A stretch of DNA of 64,000 bases from the human T2T-CHM13v2.0 reference genome, Homo sapiens, in assembly GCA_009914755.4 (NCBI GenBank), contig CP068257.2:27904001-27968000 (forward strand). Reading direction: 5' to 3'. The notes below the pieces were generated by a model that saw only the letters and a list, made by a program, of their open reading frames with translations, made no database searches and was not told the DNA's origin. Shown piece by piece: positions 15,001 to 32,389 of this stretch. Position 1 is the first letter of the stretch; every line of letters starts with the position of its first letter. The position numbers were made by a program, and so were the translations under genes.

Positions 15001-16888
15001 AACAAAGTTCACAAAGATGAAAAGAAGTCCATAGAATTAGCATCGTGTTTCCATGCTTTGCCCTGTTGAAAGTCTGAATCTCCTTTTTCATGAAGGAAGA
15101 GTTACTTATTTTTAATGCATGAAGATAGAACTAAGATGATGAGTGGGACAGAGAAGATTCCTGTAAATACACATTTCTAGAAGTCTTTATACCCCTAATA
15201 TGCCCCTGCTTCAACATACAGTGCAAGTATCTTTCCAGTGTATTCATTTCAATGTCTAGAATACATGAGTTTTGCTATCCTAAAGGAATAGAGAATTGTG
15301 GCTATTTATGCTTAGCAAATACAAATATCAACAACACCAATTAGCAAAAACATTTTCTACTGGGCACATCTTTTTTTTTTTTTTTAAACTGATTACACAG
15401 TATGAACTGAGGACTGTTTTCGAATCCCTCTCTCCTCTCGAATTAATTTACCACATTCTAAATCCGTAGATAAAGTAGTTCCAGAAGTGGAGTTGGTTGG
15501 ATGGGTTTGCTTACATTGCAGTCCATAAAAGAAACAAAAAGCCTTGCATGCAAAAGAAATGAGAAAAAAATATAGAAAAATGAATAAATCAGAAGCAAGA
15601 ATGAATGTTTAAATGAAAATTTACATCACATGAAGCTGGCAACTATGAAAAGCACATTAAAGCATCATATATACAAGCTTTTATTTTCCAAATTAGTTGC
15701 ATAAAACAAGACACCTCAAGAGCAAATTGAAAGTTAAAGCAGATCAGTTCATTCTCCCTTTGAATTAAAGAAACAGCTTCTTATAACAAGAGCTTTGGAA
15801 AGGGGTGTTCATTGTTGTCATAGTTGCCTTGTAATTCTGGGGAAGATTTTCATGTGAAACCAGGTTATAATGAATCATCCCCAGTTTTGGGCCCTTAAGG
15901 AGGGCTTCCACTTAAAGAAAGTGGATCTATTATCAGATTATTAATCAGAACCAGCCACATAATTTGCAGGGTCCAGTGCGAAATGAAAATATGGGACACT
16001 TTGTTCAAAAATTATTTAGAATTTCAAGATGACAGGAGAGCATTAAACTGGCTCTGTCATTAATAGTCATAGTCTTAAAATTCTAACAATATTTAAAAAT
16101 TCAAAGCAGAGCCTGATTCACTATGATGACCATAAACTTTATATTTTGTTTATTCTAGCATGGTTATGAAGGAATTATCTTAAATCACAATCAGCCTTTT
16201 CAAAAGAGTGTAAGTTGATTTCCTTCAAAAATGGTGTGATTTCCTTCAGAAATAAAAGTAGTAGGCAAAAATGGTCAACTACTAAAGTTGTCCTATAATC
16301 CCAAACACAATTTAGAAAAATAAAGTCTCATATACATTGCATTTTCATTTTGTATTGTTTATGACATTCCTGGCAAAAAAAAATTTGAGGTGATATATCC
16401 TTTTACAAATCTTACTTTGATAGAAGTGTTCAATTTCGTAGTATGACTTTTACATATTTATATAAATTGTTTTGCATTAGTACATGTGCTCAGAATCTAT
16501 ACTTAAGGGCTGGTAACATTTCTGTTAAATATCTTTTTATATCTTTTCCAATTTTGGATTTATTTTTGCCTTTTTCCATCTAGGGTTTCTATCTTACGAG
16601 CAAACAACAGTTCAAAAATTAACTGAGTTTGGAATTTCTGCACTGTCTTTCCAAATAATGCTAATTGGATTTAGTGTATAAGCCCCTTCCTTGTCGTTAA
16701 TAAATGATGGACCTGCAGTGCCCACAGCACCTGGCAGGGATTCAATAGCTCTCTGCTCTAACTCAAAAATGGCTCTTCTGGGCATCTAATTCAATAGACT
16801 GAAAAAGAGCAAACATCCTTAAAAACCCCCAAACTTAAGACAGATAATGCAAACTATAAACTAACCAGTCCTAGAAAGAGATGACTCA

Positions 16889-17139
16889 CCTGTTCAATAT
16901 CATTATTCTTCCGTGATTTGTATATGAATTCTCCAATAGCTACAAATACAGAAAGGACCAGTCCGGCAGCCAGAACAATGAAGATGCCTCCAATATTTTC
17001 CACTCCCAGGGCACTGGCTTCTTTGTTGTCTTCCTCGGGGCAGCCATTCCCACGCCACCACTTCTCTTTCATCATATGCAGCTTCCCTTCTTCTTGGAGT
17101 TGAAGAATAGCAATAGTAATTTTATCCCGGTAAGGAGAA
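16889..17139 (-). CDS. GRIK1: GRIK1 coding exon, 251 nt, (G)[83 protein letters not shown] (end of S2 plus M4)
   Basis: Acceptor ggttttacttccag|GTTCTC and donor GAACAG|gtgagtcatctc. Overlaps ORF 16854..17174 in the supplied track. Confidence 0.9.
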
Positions 17140-20100
17140 CCTGGAAGTAAAACCATCTGGATATTGGTCACCAAAATGTTGAAGAAGACATCCAGAAGTA
17201 TTCTTAATTATCATCTTTGTCATAACTATGTTACGGCTGTTGTGAGACCCCAATCCACAAATTGACTTGCAAAGGACAGGAAAGTTCACTCCTATATTTT
17301 GAAGGCACTATATAATTGGAAAGAAGATAGCTGACATGTTGAGATTAACTTTGGCCCCGATTGTTTGCTCCTTTTAAATAAGGAGAAGCAAAGCTAGGAA
17401 TTCTATGACATGTCTTTGTTTCTGGTGAGATCATTATGAGTCTTTTCACATGTCAAGAGATTTCACTGTGTAAGCTAAAAATAAAATTCTAAGCCCCCAT
17501 TGACTGAACGACCCTCTTTTGTAACCAAAGGGACCCCAGAAAAAGCTTAAGAACTTAGTTTGCAGCCATACCGGAATGGGAGGTCAGACAGAGCAGTCTA
17601 TTTGTGGCAATAAGATATCAAATTATAAACAGAACTGAAGGCCATGCCAGACAAGGGTTAAGTCACACAGCCTTGGACTTAAAAAATAAACTATGCTCCA
17701 ACTGCTACAAGGCTTTTCTTTTTCTCAAGGAGGTAAACAAGCACTGGCCTCAAGATAAGCAATATTAAAACAACTACAGCTCATCCAACTCTTAGACACT
17801 GACTTCCAGCCCCTGTTCCACCAGATATACCTTTCATTAAACAAGATCCTGATTTCAGTAACTTTCTCCAGAGAAGAAGACCACCGACCTTAGACTGGTT
17901 CTGGTTGGATTAAAGAGAGTGTACCCTTGCATGCCATTGTGTCCTGCAAGACATTTTGACGTATAGAACCTAATTATAAAACCATTAAATGTTAAGTCTC
18001 TACCCCGAAGTGGACAAGGATTGTATGTTACATGCATTTTTGTTCAATATGCATGTGTCAGGATCATCTTCATAAATATTCATAGCTCCGCCTGTAACCA
18101 GTTTAATATGTATGTTTAGCCAACCCATTCGGCATAAAGCTCTTGCCCCAACCCCTCTTTTTTCAAAGTGCCTGTCTTTGATCTTGGTTGGACACATGTT
18201 TTCCAGCCTACGGGATGACCACCTTGCAGATTGTCACCCTTTAATTATGAAGAAATGAAGTCTCCATTTCTACTTTCCAAATTTATCGATATTGTGGTTA
18301 CATTTTTTAAGTTAGCAGTTATTTAGACCTTACTTTTTTCTAGGCTCTTTGTTGTCTCATATTGTGACTGGGCTTGGCTGGATGACCAGCAGTGCCATTT
18401 CTTCTTCTGAGGGGGAGTAACTAGACATTTCCCACCTCCCTTACAGTTCAGTGTGGTTATGTGACTGGTTTCTAGCCAATAGGAACTAAGATGATGTCTT
18501 CCCAACATGATCTTTGGCTCTCTCTCTTTTTCCAAATATATAGCAAGAAGGAAAGGATTTCAAGTCACTAGGAATGATGGAACCACAAAATAGAAGGAAC
18601 TTGAATAGAAGGAACTTTGAATAGAAGGATTGAAAGAAAGCAGAGCCTCTCTTTCAATCCGCACTGGACTGTGGCAAGATCAAGAAATTAACATTGAATG
18701 TGTAAGCCACTGAAAATTTGCAGATGTTGGTTAGTACATACTGATTAATGCACCTATTAAGATAAACTTAAGAGTAGGTTTTGAATAATTCAAATATCCT
18801 ACAAAATTCAGGTAGGTTTGGAAAATTTGCAAGGACTTTATTAATATTATTTATTCTCTATCTCCTAGTAATGCCACTGAACTTTTAATTATGTAAGGGT
18901 TGGAAAGTGCCAACATCTACCTGTAGACATAGCTTCTCAATACTGGATTTTGGTTAATCAATGCAAAGGAAGAGGCAAAGTAAGATTCTTTCAATTAATC
19001 TGTCCTTGAATGTGAAGAACTCTTGTTAGCATTTCTTCTACTCAGTAGAAAAGTAGTACACCCTGGTTTTCTCTATTTGCAAATGTTAAAGTTTTTCTTG
19101 GTGGAAGCACATTGATAAATGAGGCATCTTAGGACTAGAAGAAATCTTAGGAATGATACAGTCCAGTCCACTTACAGTTCAGTACACATTCCATTTTAGA
19201 ATGGAAGAAATTTAGGAACTGAAAGTATGAGTGAAACTGATAGTTGCTGGCACAGCCAAGAATCAAACTCAAGTTTCCTGACTTCTTACTTTTCAGTGTT
19301 GTTTTCACGACAGTGTTCCCAACCATTACTCCCACCCCTACATAAGCCTTATGTCCTATGGCATGGTTAAGTTAGAAAAACAGAAGGTTAACATTTGTGT
19401 CATTTGTTATCAGTTTTCCTTGTAAGACTTCCTGAAATAATCGTCAGCATTCAAAAGCAAGTTTAAAAGAAGAGCAAAATGCTTTGGAGTGAAATTATGG
19501 CTTATCAAGAGTATGAATTTTTGGTGAAAAAAATGGATATTGAAAACAAAATTAAAAGATATTGGCTGTTTGCTTAAATATCCTCAGAATAATGGCTAGT
19601 GTAAAAATTAGCACCATTGATATACCCATAGCAGGTGAGCAATTAAGTGAACCAAGAGCACTTTGCTTTAATGTACATGAAAGTGCTTTGAAGAGTGTAA
19701 GAATGATTCTTATGTTAGTTGTTGCAGTAATAATCCTAGGAGCATACACAGTGGGTGCTCAGTAAATGTTGACTGATGCTTTCCTTCTGCCTCCAGGCTG
19801 CGCAATACCTAAAACATTTCAGACAGATGAAAATCTGATCTCTGTTTAAAGTTGGTCTCTGAGAAAGATAATTTTCAGCCTCCTGGTAAGCTGTTCAAAC
19901 CTTAAATGCTCTTATTCTCTCAGAGTTTTACTTTAAATCTCTCAGGAGGTACATTTCCAGAGCTGTTGTCCTGAGTGTCTCTAAGAAGCAAAGTCTTCAA
20001 TTTTGTGTTGTGACTCTGCCAATCTTTGATTATGGGACAGAGCTTGCAGCCATAAGGGAGTTAGTCAGGGCAAGACTAGAAGTGTACAGATAATTTTTAA

Positions 20101-20183
20101 TATCTGAATATATTTTAACTTAAGTTTTTGTTGTTGTTGCTTAAATGAAGTAAATGACATTGGAAGTTATTATGTCACTTGAA

Positions 20184-20240
20184 ATATATATATATATATT
20201 TCATATATATATTTCACACACACACACACACACACACATA
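20184..20240. repeat. Compound (AT)n then (CA)n microsatellite
   Basis: atatatatatatatatttcatatatatatttcacacacacacacacacacacata. Confidence 0.95.
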
Positions 20241-22112
20241 TCTTCCTGAATAGCAACTAATCTTTTGTAAAGAGTCAATTCATCATAAAAGAAACATCTC
20301 ACAAATTTTTCCAACAGCTGTATTCTCAATGGATGTATTCTCCATGAGGTCTGCCATCTGTTCCAATTATTCCTTCATTGTTTTTGGTTTAAAAGCATGA
20401 CAGGTTTACAACAACTGTGAAAAATTCCTGGAGTGTATTTCTTTTCATCTAGGAAGTGGGGAAGGCTTTTCAACTTTGGAACTTGGGTGAGGTTGGCCAA
20501 AAGGAGACTGAATGGGTACCTTTGGATCTCTCTGTATTATATGTATATTTATATATATATTTTTTTGTATTATATGTATATTTAATATTAATGGTACTCA
20601 ACACTAGGTCAGCTTCATTCGCAGGAAAGCAGGTAGCGATTTTCAAAGTGCTGCATTCATTTAGGAAAGTGGTAGGAAGAAATGCATTGTTCCCTCCTAC
20701 CTCCAGCCCTGCGTCACTCACTGTACTATCAGAAATTTTAGCTTTCAAGTTATATTCCATGCTGTAGAAGGAATGTCAATTAAAAGTCTCATGTTAAAGT
20801 TCAAACGTTCTTAGGAGAGATGATACACATTGTTATTTTAAATCATTGTTAACAGACAGGAATTTTGGTGCCAAAAAGGGGTGTTGAAATGTGGTGGGGT
20901 AGGGTTATGAGGTGGGAGATAGAATGATAAAAGCACAGTTTTTGACTTTATAATTTAGTCTAGAGATGGTTCTATTAAGGAACTATAGTTACTCCTCTAC
21001 GAGGGTCTTGATTCTGCAAAAATTCAGGCAAAGGTACCTACTCTTGGTGTTCTCATCTGATCTATGGCCCGTTTAACTAAAATCAGCAGTGATGAGATAT
21101 AAAAAATAGCATCTAACTTCTCCCACTTTTATTATCTAAAATGAGGTGGTGAAGCTTGCTTGGGGCAATAGGACATTGTTTTGAAAGTCAAAAAGAGGTA
21201 TAATATCCTGTTAGCCAGTGCCAAATGATTCCCTGAGCCTCTTGGAAAACATGTTGACTAAATTATAGGAGAGCTTACCACTTGGGGCAAAATATACACT
21301 TCACTAGCGATATTAGTATTTTCATCAGTAGAAGTTATTGGAAATAAAGAAGCAAGAAGGTAGCTGTAAATCTTCTAGCCCAATCATTCTGCAGGAAAGT
21401 TATTTGGAGGACATAAATGATAACAATAATAATAAAGTTAATTTCTCCATAGCACATATTTCTAACACCAGGTAGTTAGCAGGAAGTCACATTGGCTGTG
21501 TATTCATGGTAAATATGGAAGATAGTTGAACTTTATCTGATTAGTTATATTCATATTAATTAAAAGTTGAATATATAAAATGCAGCTTTTTCTTTTTTAA
21601 TGAATTTGTTGCTAAATAAAAACATTAGGACAATTCACCTAAAATCTGGATTTTTTTTATTTTCTTAGAAAATGGAATATTCCACAATCTTGTTCTCAAA
21701 TTCCTACATGTCTACAACTCTCTGACTTGAAAGGCAGCTGTCTCTTTTAGGTATGTCATGTGGTCTGTAATTTTCCATAATTGCCACCGTTCCCTACTAC
21801 CTCCTGGCACAAGCATGCTTTGCTCACTTATGGTATCTGCTTGGCCTCTGTAAGCATTTTAGTTTGTGATCCCTGCATGATGTGGAGAGTCATATTGGAT
21901 CATCCCTTTCAAATGACAAAAATACTAATACCAACAAGCAAATCAAACCTACCTGGGGTCCTTAACGATATGGCTTGACTGTTAGCTATGATTTCTGGAC
22001 TTGCCCAGTAGTCTAGACAGTCCCTGATTCTTCTCCTTTGGAATGCTTACTAACAAATTACCAAGGGCTCACTTGGGAAGAGCAGGTTCCCACTATACCA
22101 GGACCTTATATG

Positions 22113-22767
<655 letters not shown>

Positions 22768-23491
22768 ATGATACAGTTTTCTATAGAGAGGGAAAAAATA
22801 GAGAGGGAGTTTTCTATGGAAAGGAAATCACTAATTACCCCTTAAATTCTATTCATGTCTCCTATAGACGTACAAGAATGCATTGCTATATGGGTCTATA
22901 TACCTAGGCAATAATATTCCTAGGAGAGCAATAGCATGGAACTAAGGAATTTGAAGATTTTACATAGTTGGCATTGATTGAATGTAACATTGCCTGAGCA
23001 CATCAGACTTATAATTTAATCTTTATCCTTTTTCTTTTGACTGATATAGCCTTGCTTTTTCATCTATCATTATGGAACACTAGCCCTCTCACTTTTGCTG
23101 TCCATATGCAGAATCAACTTTCTTCTATTCTAATTTAAGGCAGATACATTATATAGGCATATATGGGTATTGAAGGAAACAATGTGAAGAGGATTAATTA
23201 GAAATATATTCTCTTTAAGATATTTGGGGTGAAATAATAAAATCTATATATTCTTAAACATGTGTTGGTAAAACTTGAAAGACACACTGGTTAAAAGTAT
23301 ATTAAGTTAAATATCTGGGAATCTGTAATTCAGACTATGTCTCTGATCTATATGGATGTTTACATTATTAGTTCACTAATGGCATTGTAGGCCTTCTCAG
23401 AATTTGGAATAAAGAACTCTGAGCCCATTGCCTTCTATACTGGTAACTGACATTCTGTATCTCAGTCTTGGTTCATGTCTACCCGTCTTAC

Positions 23492-23717
23492 CAATAGGTG
23501 TTCCCACTCCGTAACCTTTGGAGTCAATGAGGCCCCCGATCTGAGTGAGGTTGCAGTTTCTCTGCGTCACATACTCAATGCTGGTGGACTCCATCAGCAG
23601 CGCGTAGTCTGTGGTGAGCACTCTCTGGATCCCCTCATCACTGTTTCTTACCAGGGCGGTCTGCTGCCTGCTGCTCATGAAAGCCCACATCTTCTCATAG
23701 GTGGAGATTTTTGATTT
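23492..23717 (-). CDS. GRIK1: GRIK1 coding exon, 226 nt, [76 protein letters not shown] (S2 ligand-binding segment)
   Basis: Acceptor ttttctttccctccag|AAATCA and donor CCTATTG|gtaagacggg. Overlaps ORF 23397..23738 in the supplied track. Confidence 0.9.
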
Positions 23718-24241
23718 CTGGAGGGAAAGAAAACACACTCACCAGCAGAAGAGGGCTGGAAAAATACGACCTAAAGGTATTCAAAGTCCCAATGGTTCAA
23801 ATAATGATAGGGAGGATACTTTCTCCACAGGTGGGGGAGTCAAGATTGATGATCTCAAGGCTTCACTTTTGTAGCTGAGAAGAGCCCAGTTCACTCACTA
23901 TTGGACAGCATTTGCACGGAGGCAGCTATTACATGGAGACCTTGATCTATAAGCCATTGTGGCCCACTGGGCTAAGGGGTGACTAGCTCACTCCAGGACT
24001 CTGTTCATTTCATGCATTTTCCTTTCAATCACTCAACTCCAGCAGGTATTGTTTTGCTGTTTCCAGGTGTATAAGTTTCAATCCTTGATCTAGCATTCTT
24101 CTGCTGGGGAGAGCCCTGGAGTAAACCACTGACTTCCTCTGCTTTATTTGTGAGAGAACTGTCATTCACTCTTCTCTTTTCTAGAAAACCCAGAATGTAA
24201 ATGCTCTTTTCAAATTAAAATTTAGATAAGAAAAATCTTCA

Positions 24242-24546
<305 letters not shown>

Positions 24547-25995
24547 TCATACTGTATTTATATGCCTTTTTATGTGTATAATTTTAATTGTAATCATATT
24601 TTAGATAATGGGGACTGAATATCTCATTTCAAAGTGTTCTATTAATATATTTGTCTTTTCTCATATTCTTCAGCTTTTTGATAGATTCAGTAATAAATTA
24701 TATATGTTATGTAATATATGCACATATACATATGTACCACTGCTTCATTATCTTTTTTTGCTAAAGTATACTGCCTAAATTTTCATATTACTTAAATATG
24801 AATTTTCCATTCTTTTGAATAGTGATCTATGATTAGACATTTTGCATTTTACTCTGTAATTTCCATACAGTTCCAATTTTTTTTTTTAATTTTTCTTCAT
24901 TTGCATCAGCATTCTCCACTTATTTCAGAGATGAAAAACATTATGGGAATTATTGGTATTTTTAAGCTAACCCCAGTTATCACAGTTATATATAGTGCTC
25001 GCACACATTAGACAAATCCCTTGGCAGGCACAGGATGCACCATCTCCGTAGTTCAGGAAAGCTTAAAACATGGTTTTGGGCCATAAGCAAAAAATGGAAT
25101 ACCTGCGGAGTCAACTCTATCACGGTTATTCATGCCCAGGTGTTCCTGGGGGCCACTCAATTCCAACCTCTATTTAGGACCTGGGTTAATACTGTAGGGT
25201 TTATGAGTTAGGGGAGGACAGATGGCTTTATTTCAGATTGTTAGGCATTGAAAATCCCCCTGAGAAAGGTCTTGTGAGACAAATAACAATTCAATAAACA
25301 GTACCTTATAGATATTGGTATTTTGTGGAACCCATTGTGTCATATTGGGCCCCTGTGAGTTATGCCACAGCCCCGGAGATATCTGCAAGCTGCAGCTCAT
25401 GTCCCCATAACAAAGGCGTGTTTTGGGGGTCAGGTTTACTGCTTCATTTGTTGTGTGATTTCAGCCTTGCAAAGTCTGATAATGCTAAACTTATAGTAAA
25501 AGAGCTACTCATACAAGCGCAGAAAGGTCAGTCTATCTTGTGGCAGTAAATGCACAGCTGCGAAAATTATTCTTCCATCAGGAAACTACCTTAAGGGAAA
25601 ATAATTTTCTTTGAAGTATAAAATTTAAAGTTGTCAGAGACTTTAGAGATCGGCTCATACAAACTGCTACTGTCACAGAGGAGGAAGTTTTAGTACGGAA
25701 GGCTTTGAGACTTCAAAAAGTCACAAAGCAAGTTAATACCAGAGCTAATTCTGGACTCCAGCACACCTAATATCTAATTCAATGCTCTTTCCACTGTACC
25801 ATGCTGATTTGGGGGAGGTGGATGTCTATATTGCCAAAATGCTTTTGAGAATGATTTTAATCTCATTTGATCTACATGTGAAAATATAGCTTTTATTCAT
25901 GGACTCATTATTCCCTGAGGTGGGTTGCTAGTTAGTTACATATTAATATGAAATAGGAATCAACCTTCACATAGAAAAATTTTATGAAACATTAA

Positions 25996-26314
<319 letters not shown>

Positions 26315-27301
26315 GCACCACATTTATATTTTATTAAAACGAGTGTTGTAAATTGTTAGAAAACTGAATTTGTGGTTTATGGAAGTCAAAAACAAAGTCA
26401 ATGTTTAGTTCATCCACGGTAAATGGAGAAAGTGTGGGGAGTCCTTCATTTCATCTGGGGAATTGAAGGATATGGGAAAGGATGACACGATTCAACTCTA
26501 AACCTAAACTATCTGAAGTGAAGGACTTCATTATTTTCAATCTATGGCAGACCTAGCTTTGGTCCTCCTGCATGGGACGAATATGTAGGTCATACCACCT
26601 GTGACTCACTCTGTGAGTATTCAACAGTATGCAGGTGGTCTAATCCACGGGTAAGAGAGGTCATGAGTTTAGTGCAACCTCAGTATTCAACAGCTGCAAC
26701 ATTTCTAAACGCTTACTCTCAGTATTCTTCTCCTTGTCACAGCTTAGTAACAAAATGTTTCCTGAGCCAGCACACTCTTCACACTACACTTTGAGTAGCA
26801 TGGCTCTATGGAACAGAGATAATGGATTTAAATTCAACAACATCCACATCTTCCTTCTTGGAGTAGAAGGTTGTTCTAGGCCTGACCTCTCCCAGGGAGC
26901 TACAGGGGAAGTCTAGTTGGCATGGACACCTTTGAGCAGGGAGGGCAGAACTTTCTCTCTGACAGAAAACTGTTACTTGGTAGGGGACTTGGTAAGTTGA
27001 AGGTATAGGAAGTGTTATAAATTCCTTTGACCCCTTGCTATTCTCACTAGAGCACAGTAATAGTAAACATAATGGGAGCAAGAAGAGCAGCATTTTGCTG
27101 TTATTTAGAGCTCTCTTTCGTCGTTTAAAAAGTTTGCTGTTGTGGGGCTTTATTGTGTTTCACAGTTAGAGTTCTAGGCTACTTGGGATGCTAGGGAAAT
27201 TAGAGTTTGCAGGAAGACCCAAAATGTGGCTAAGGAATAACTTTTTTTAATAGGTAGAAATATCTGCAGACAGCTTCAGCACCTTAAAGGTGTAGTGAGC
27301 T

Positions 27302-27700
<399 letters not shown>

Positions 27701-30700
27701 TAGACCAACCCCTTCCTATCACATATGCAGGTCCTGAGGTCAGGGACAGCAAATGACACACAGAAGGTGGCAGAGGGTTAGTGGAAGAGACAGCACAGAA
27801 TTGAGGGCTCTTTCTTCTTTACTGCAGAGTTCTGTCCGCTGCATGCCACGCTCAGTAATGTTTATTTTTTGTTAGATAAAAAAGTAGAATGTTGGGAGTA
27901 AATTACATGTATTCCTTTCAGCAGACTTTTTTTCATGGTTGAGTCTCAAATCTTAGTAATTCTTAAAAATAGGATTATACTTCATGAAAAATTATCATAC
28001 ATATTAAAAGACCAGGCAAAGTGTTAAAATGACAGCCTGGGTGTTTTTGTACTTCTAAATCACATATAATGTCAACCAGTCTCCTAAATCACTCTAAATA
28101 ATATATGTTCCAAAAACAGAAATAGTGGTTGCCTCTTATTTCACTAGATATGTCAAAAGTTAATTAGAATATTTGGAATGTCTTCTGAGCTTCTTAGCAA
28201 AAGTTGCTAAAACTGAAAAAGCCTCATTTATTAAATCTGAAATCACCCAGGATTTTTTCTTTTTAATCCTGAGAGGCATCTGTTTAGATAAATGCATTTT
28301 ATCTGTTTAAATCTGATTATGTGGCTATCCTCATGCTGATGAAACATTGTTGGCAAAGAATAGCATTTTTCATCTCAAATCTGTTATAAGGGAGTGTTAC
28401 TGCATCAATGTTTGATGAACATTATTTATTTCTTTTTTCCCCCTATAATACATTCAAGTTAAACACTCACTGGGAAATAGTTTATAATGTTTGCAGGCAT
28501 TAAAAATTACTTATTGAAAATAGTAACAGCAACCAACATATGCAGTGTTTATTTACTGTGTAGCAAGCACTATTTTAAGAACTTTGCATATATTGATTAA
28601 TCGAATCTTCACGGTAATCATATGAAAGACGTACCATTATTATTTCTCTTTTATAGATGAGGAAATAGAACAGCACATGAAGAAATGAGGAAACCAGGAT
28701 TTGATCCCAGTAATCTGGTTCCAGGGTCTGTGTTCTTAAACAACAGGGAATGAACTATCTCTTAATACACAGAGCAGCAAACTCAAGGCTTGGCTAATGT
28801 TTCCACAGCTAATGTTTCCACAGAATTAACAAATTTTCTAAAGAAATAATCGAAACAAGTAGCTGTGGGATCTTTCTATTATAGCCAGAGCTGTTGTACT
28901 CATCATATAATGTACAGAAACTATTTACCTGACTTTTAATAGCTTACACTTGTTTAGACAAGAATTTAGACAGTGTTTTAGGAAGTGCAACAGTTAGAAC
29001 CTGGAAAAAATGTGACTTGTTTATATTGTTTCCTTTCCTTTAACAGTATTTTGCTTTTCATATAGTTTCACTGTTTTTAGTTACAGGATTTCCATCACAC
29101 AATGTAAATAAAATATGTGCAAATTCTAGGGTGTAGTGTGGTCTTAAGCCTGATGGACTCCATTTTATAAAATATCCCTCTAATGTTTCTTTTTTATTGA
29201 GATAACTATTATTTATCACATTATTTCTTCCACCAGTTTTTATAAGACTTTCACAGTTAGGATGTATAATCTCATTTTTCAGTAGAATCAGTAATCATGC
29301 AATTCTACTTCACACTAATATGGCTGATGATTTTATATATCGATCTGTGTTTATGTATGTTTTTACTCTACACACTGAAATATACATTAGAAATAAGTTA
29401 TTGATATTTGATCTTTTTATCTTATCAAAAGTGATCTTATAAATGTAAATATATGCATATAGAACAAATGAAATATCACAAACAATTATATTTTAAGATC
29501 TCCAATTTAATTTTACTTTAGGCAAATCCTGATTTAAGACAACCCTTAAAAATTAACCAAAGACATAGACATTGGCTATGTAGAACTTCATACTTGCGAA
29601 ATAGGTACATCAGAGGTGAATAGTTGCCTTAAAAACAACCATTTCTTTTAGACATGATTAATATATTATTTCATTAAATAATAAATTCTCATGCTATTTT
29701 GAAAATATGATTTAATTTACAAAAATCGCTTTGAAGGAAGATGATCAGAAGAAAATATTTATAGTATAGTTAGGACCTCTGCCTTCCAAATGTGTATAAT
29801 ATGAACACTGCAGTTGATTATGTCTTTATCTTGATTTGATGAAAAGTTATGACATTTGCAGACTCTCCAACATTTAAAAAATTTATGGATTCCCTTTAGA
29901 AAATTCCCTCAGCGGGATTTAAACAGATTTGCTAAAATATTTTTCATGTTTTTCTCCTGTCTAGAGTTAAAGATTGGTCTATTACAGGCAATCTTCCAGC
30001 CTTTGAAAAAGGTTGAATTGACCTCATAGATTTCTTCCCAAACAAATACACTTTTAACCTACAGAGACCTAACATTTCTGACACTGATGGTAAAATTAGC
30101 TGGATTTTTCCAACATAAGCTAGGAACTCTTATGTGAAGAGTGCCTTCCTATGCAGAGTATTTGAGAAATGGCTTTCATCTTCTGCTTCCTGAAATGGTT
30201 ATAACTGTCTGAAATCTGTCTCCCTACAATGGCTCATTGCTTCATTTCCACTGGTGCAGTGCCCAGTAACTTCTCTGAAATGTCTTTTGGGTTGGTGACA
30301 GCACCTAACCACTCCCTGGAAAGAGATGATAAAGGTTAGAGAATCCCTTGTTCCCACAGCTGGTCCAAAGTCCCTAGACCATGAAAGCCAGAAATGACAA
30401 GTCTTTTATGATGTTTTAAAACCTATTTTATCCAAGTCATTTTAGACTGAATCACAATTTAATCTGTGTAATCCTCTGGCTTGAGTCTGGGAGGATAGTG
30501 ATTTGTTACAAGGCAAGCTTCTACTGAGAAGTATTTCTTACATGAATACTTCATAGCTAATTTGGCTCACAAGAAATTCTGCCACTACTTCCTGTCTGCA
30601 CAATGCAACCACATGTTGTGTTGTATTTAACAGGTATTCATACCTCTTGTCTCTGTATTGCTATTCAGATCTTCATGTCTTGCTCATGATTTTATACCTT

Positions 30701-32088
30701 TTTCCCTCTTAAGTGCTAACCTCAGTACTGACCATATTGAGGACCCTGCAAAAATATCAATTGAGCTGAATTAAACTGAATTAAACTGAATTGCCTCACT
30801 CTGTTTCTTGTCTGCATTCTAAGGGCAGCCTTACCATCTTTTGCCTACCTACCATCTGGTAAGTGCTTCGGCATATGCAATGTATGTGCTCAAGAAGGGC
30901 CTCCAAGGCCTAGGGTTGCTGTCTGGCCAGGCCTCCAAAAATCTTTGAGATCTTGGGCACTGACACTTCTTCTGGACTTTTCTGTCCTTTAGCAGAAGGC
31001 AGACACTGCAGAGATGACTGACAGTAAGGAAGCTGAACAGAGACCAAACCAAAATATTTATAAATCTAGAGAGACTGAAAAAATAGGACTAATAGCTAGA
31101 GGTAAGGGTTGAATAATTATGGTGATGATGTTATAAGTGATAGTTACAATAATATCTAATGTTTTTATTGCTTACAGTGTACTAAGTGGTAGTATAAACA
31201 TATTACCTCTACTAAGTCATTAAATCCTCAAAATAATTTTGAGTTAGAAGTCATCCTCAATTTATAGACTGGGAAATCAAGGTACAGAGAGTTTAAGTTA
31301 CTTGCCAAGGTCTACATAACTTATATGTAGTAGAACCCAGGCTCTCTGGGTCCAGATCTCCAACAAAAACACTTTCCTGTAGGTTTTACTTTATATCCCA
31401 GCATAAGATGTTGGTCATATTTCTTGAGAAGAAGACTAGCTGGTATTCCCATTCTCTGATCCATGGGCTAAAAGCATTATCCTCCTTGGATGATGGTTCA
31501 CAAGGATCATTGGGAAATCCATTCTTTTAGGCTGCATACGGTTCTTAGACATTATCATGACTATTCTTTCTTCATCTGGGGAAAAAAAATGTGACTTTCT
31601 ACACTATCACTGTGAGACCACAGTTTGGACTATCTTATTGTTTCATAAGGTAATTAATAGAATTCCAACAAGAAGAACAGAGCCGTTGTACATTTCTGAC
31701 TTCCTGTGGGAGAGAAAACCAGAATCTTAGCATACTATTTCTGAAAGGAAAAGTTGGAATTGGCTGTCATTGTTGTCATCTTGTCAGTTGTCTTGGATAT
31801 AAAAGATGGAAATAGGTCATGTAGCCCCTAGGAAAGCTGAATGCAAGTTGTGTCCATAGAGCTTGGCTATGAACTGACTGATCTTTGCATCTCCTAAGAT
31901 GCTGGTGGTGGTCCCAGGGAGTTGGGAGCGAAGGAAATCCTGTACTGTTCAGACTTGAGAAACAATTGAAAGGACCAAATAATTTCATCAGCAGAGAACA
32001 GAGAAACCAATAGAGTTAAATCTGGATTATTAATTAGTATTATGTCAAGCAGAAATGAGAGGGATTTTATTAAAAATTCTCTTAAATA

Positions 32089-32389
<301 letters not shown>

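Noticed and set aside
14900-15091. Minus-strand ORF ending ...TFSTVHT*, reminiscent of a GluK1 alternative C-terminus ending ...SSVHTV
   Set aside because: The reading frame and preceding residues do not match any GluK1 isoform tail I can recall, and no acceptor sits in frame. This is coincidence.
18596-18640. Short tandem duplication ggaacttgaatagaa/ggaactttgaatagaa, and the ctgaattaaa x2 repeat at 30761-30790
   Set aside because: These are trivial 2-copy slippage duplications under 20 bp. They are noted but not biologically informative.
23475-23714. Plus-strand ORF of 79 aa ([25 protein letters not shown]...). A similar case is plus ORF 16918-17103
   Set aside because: They lie exactly antisense to GRIK1 exons. 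They are shadow ORFs, open because the sense-strand codon bias suppresses antisense stop codons. They have no splice signals or homology.
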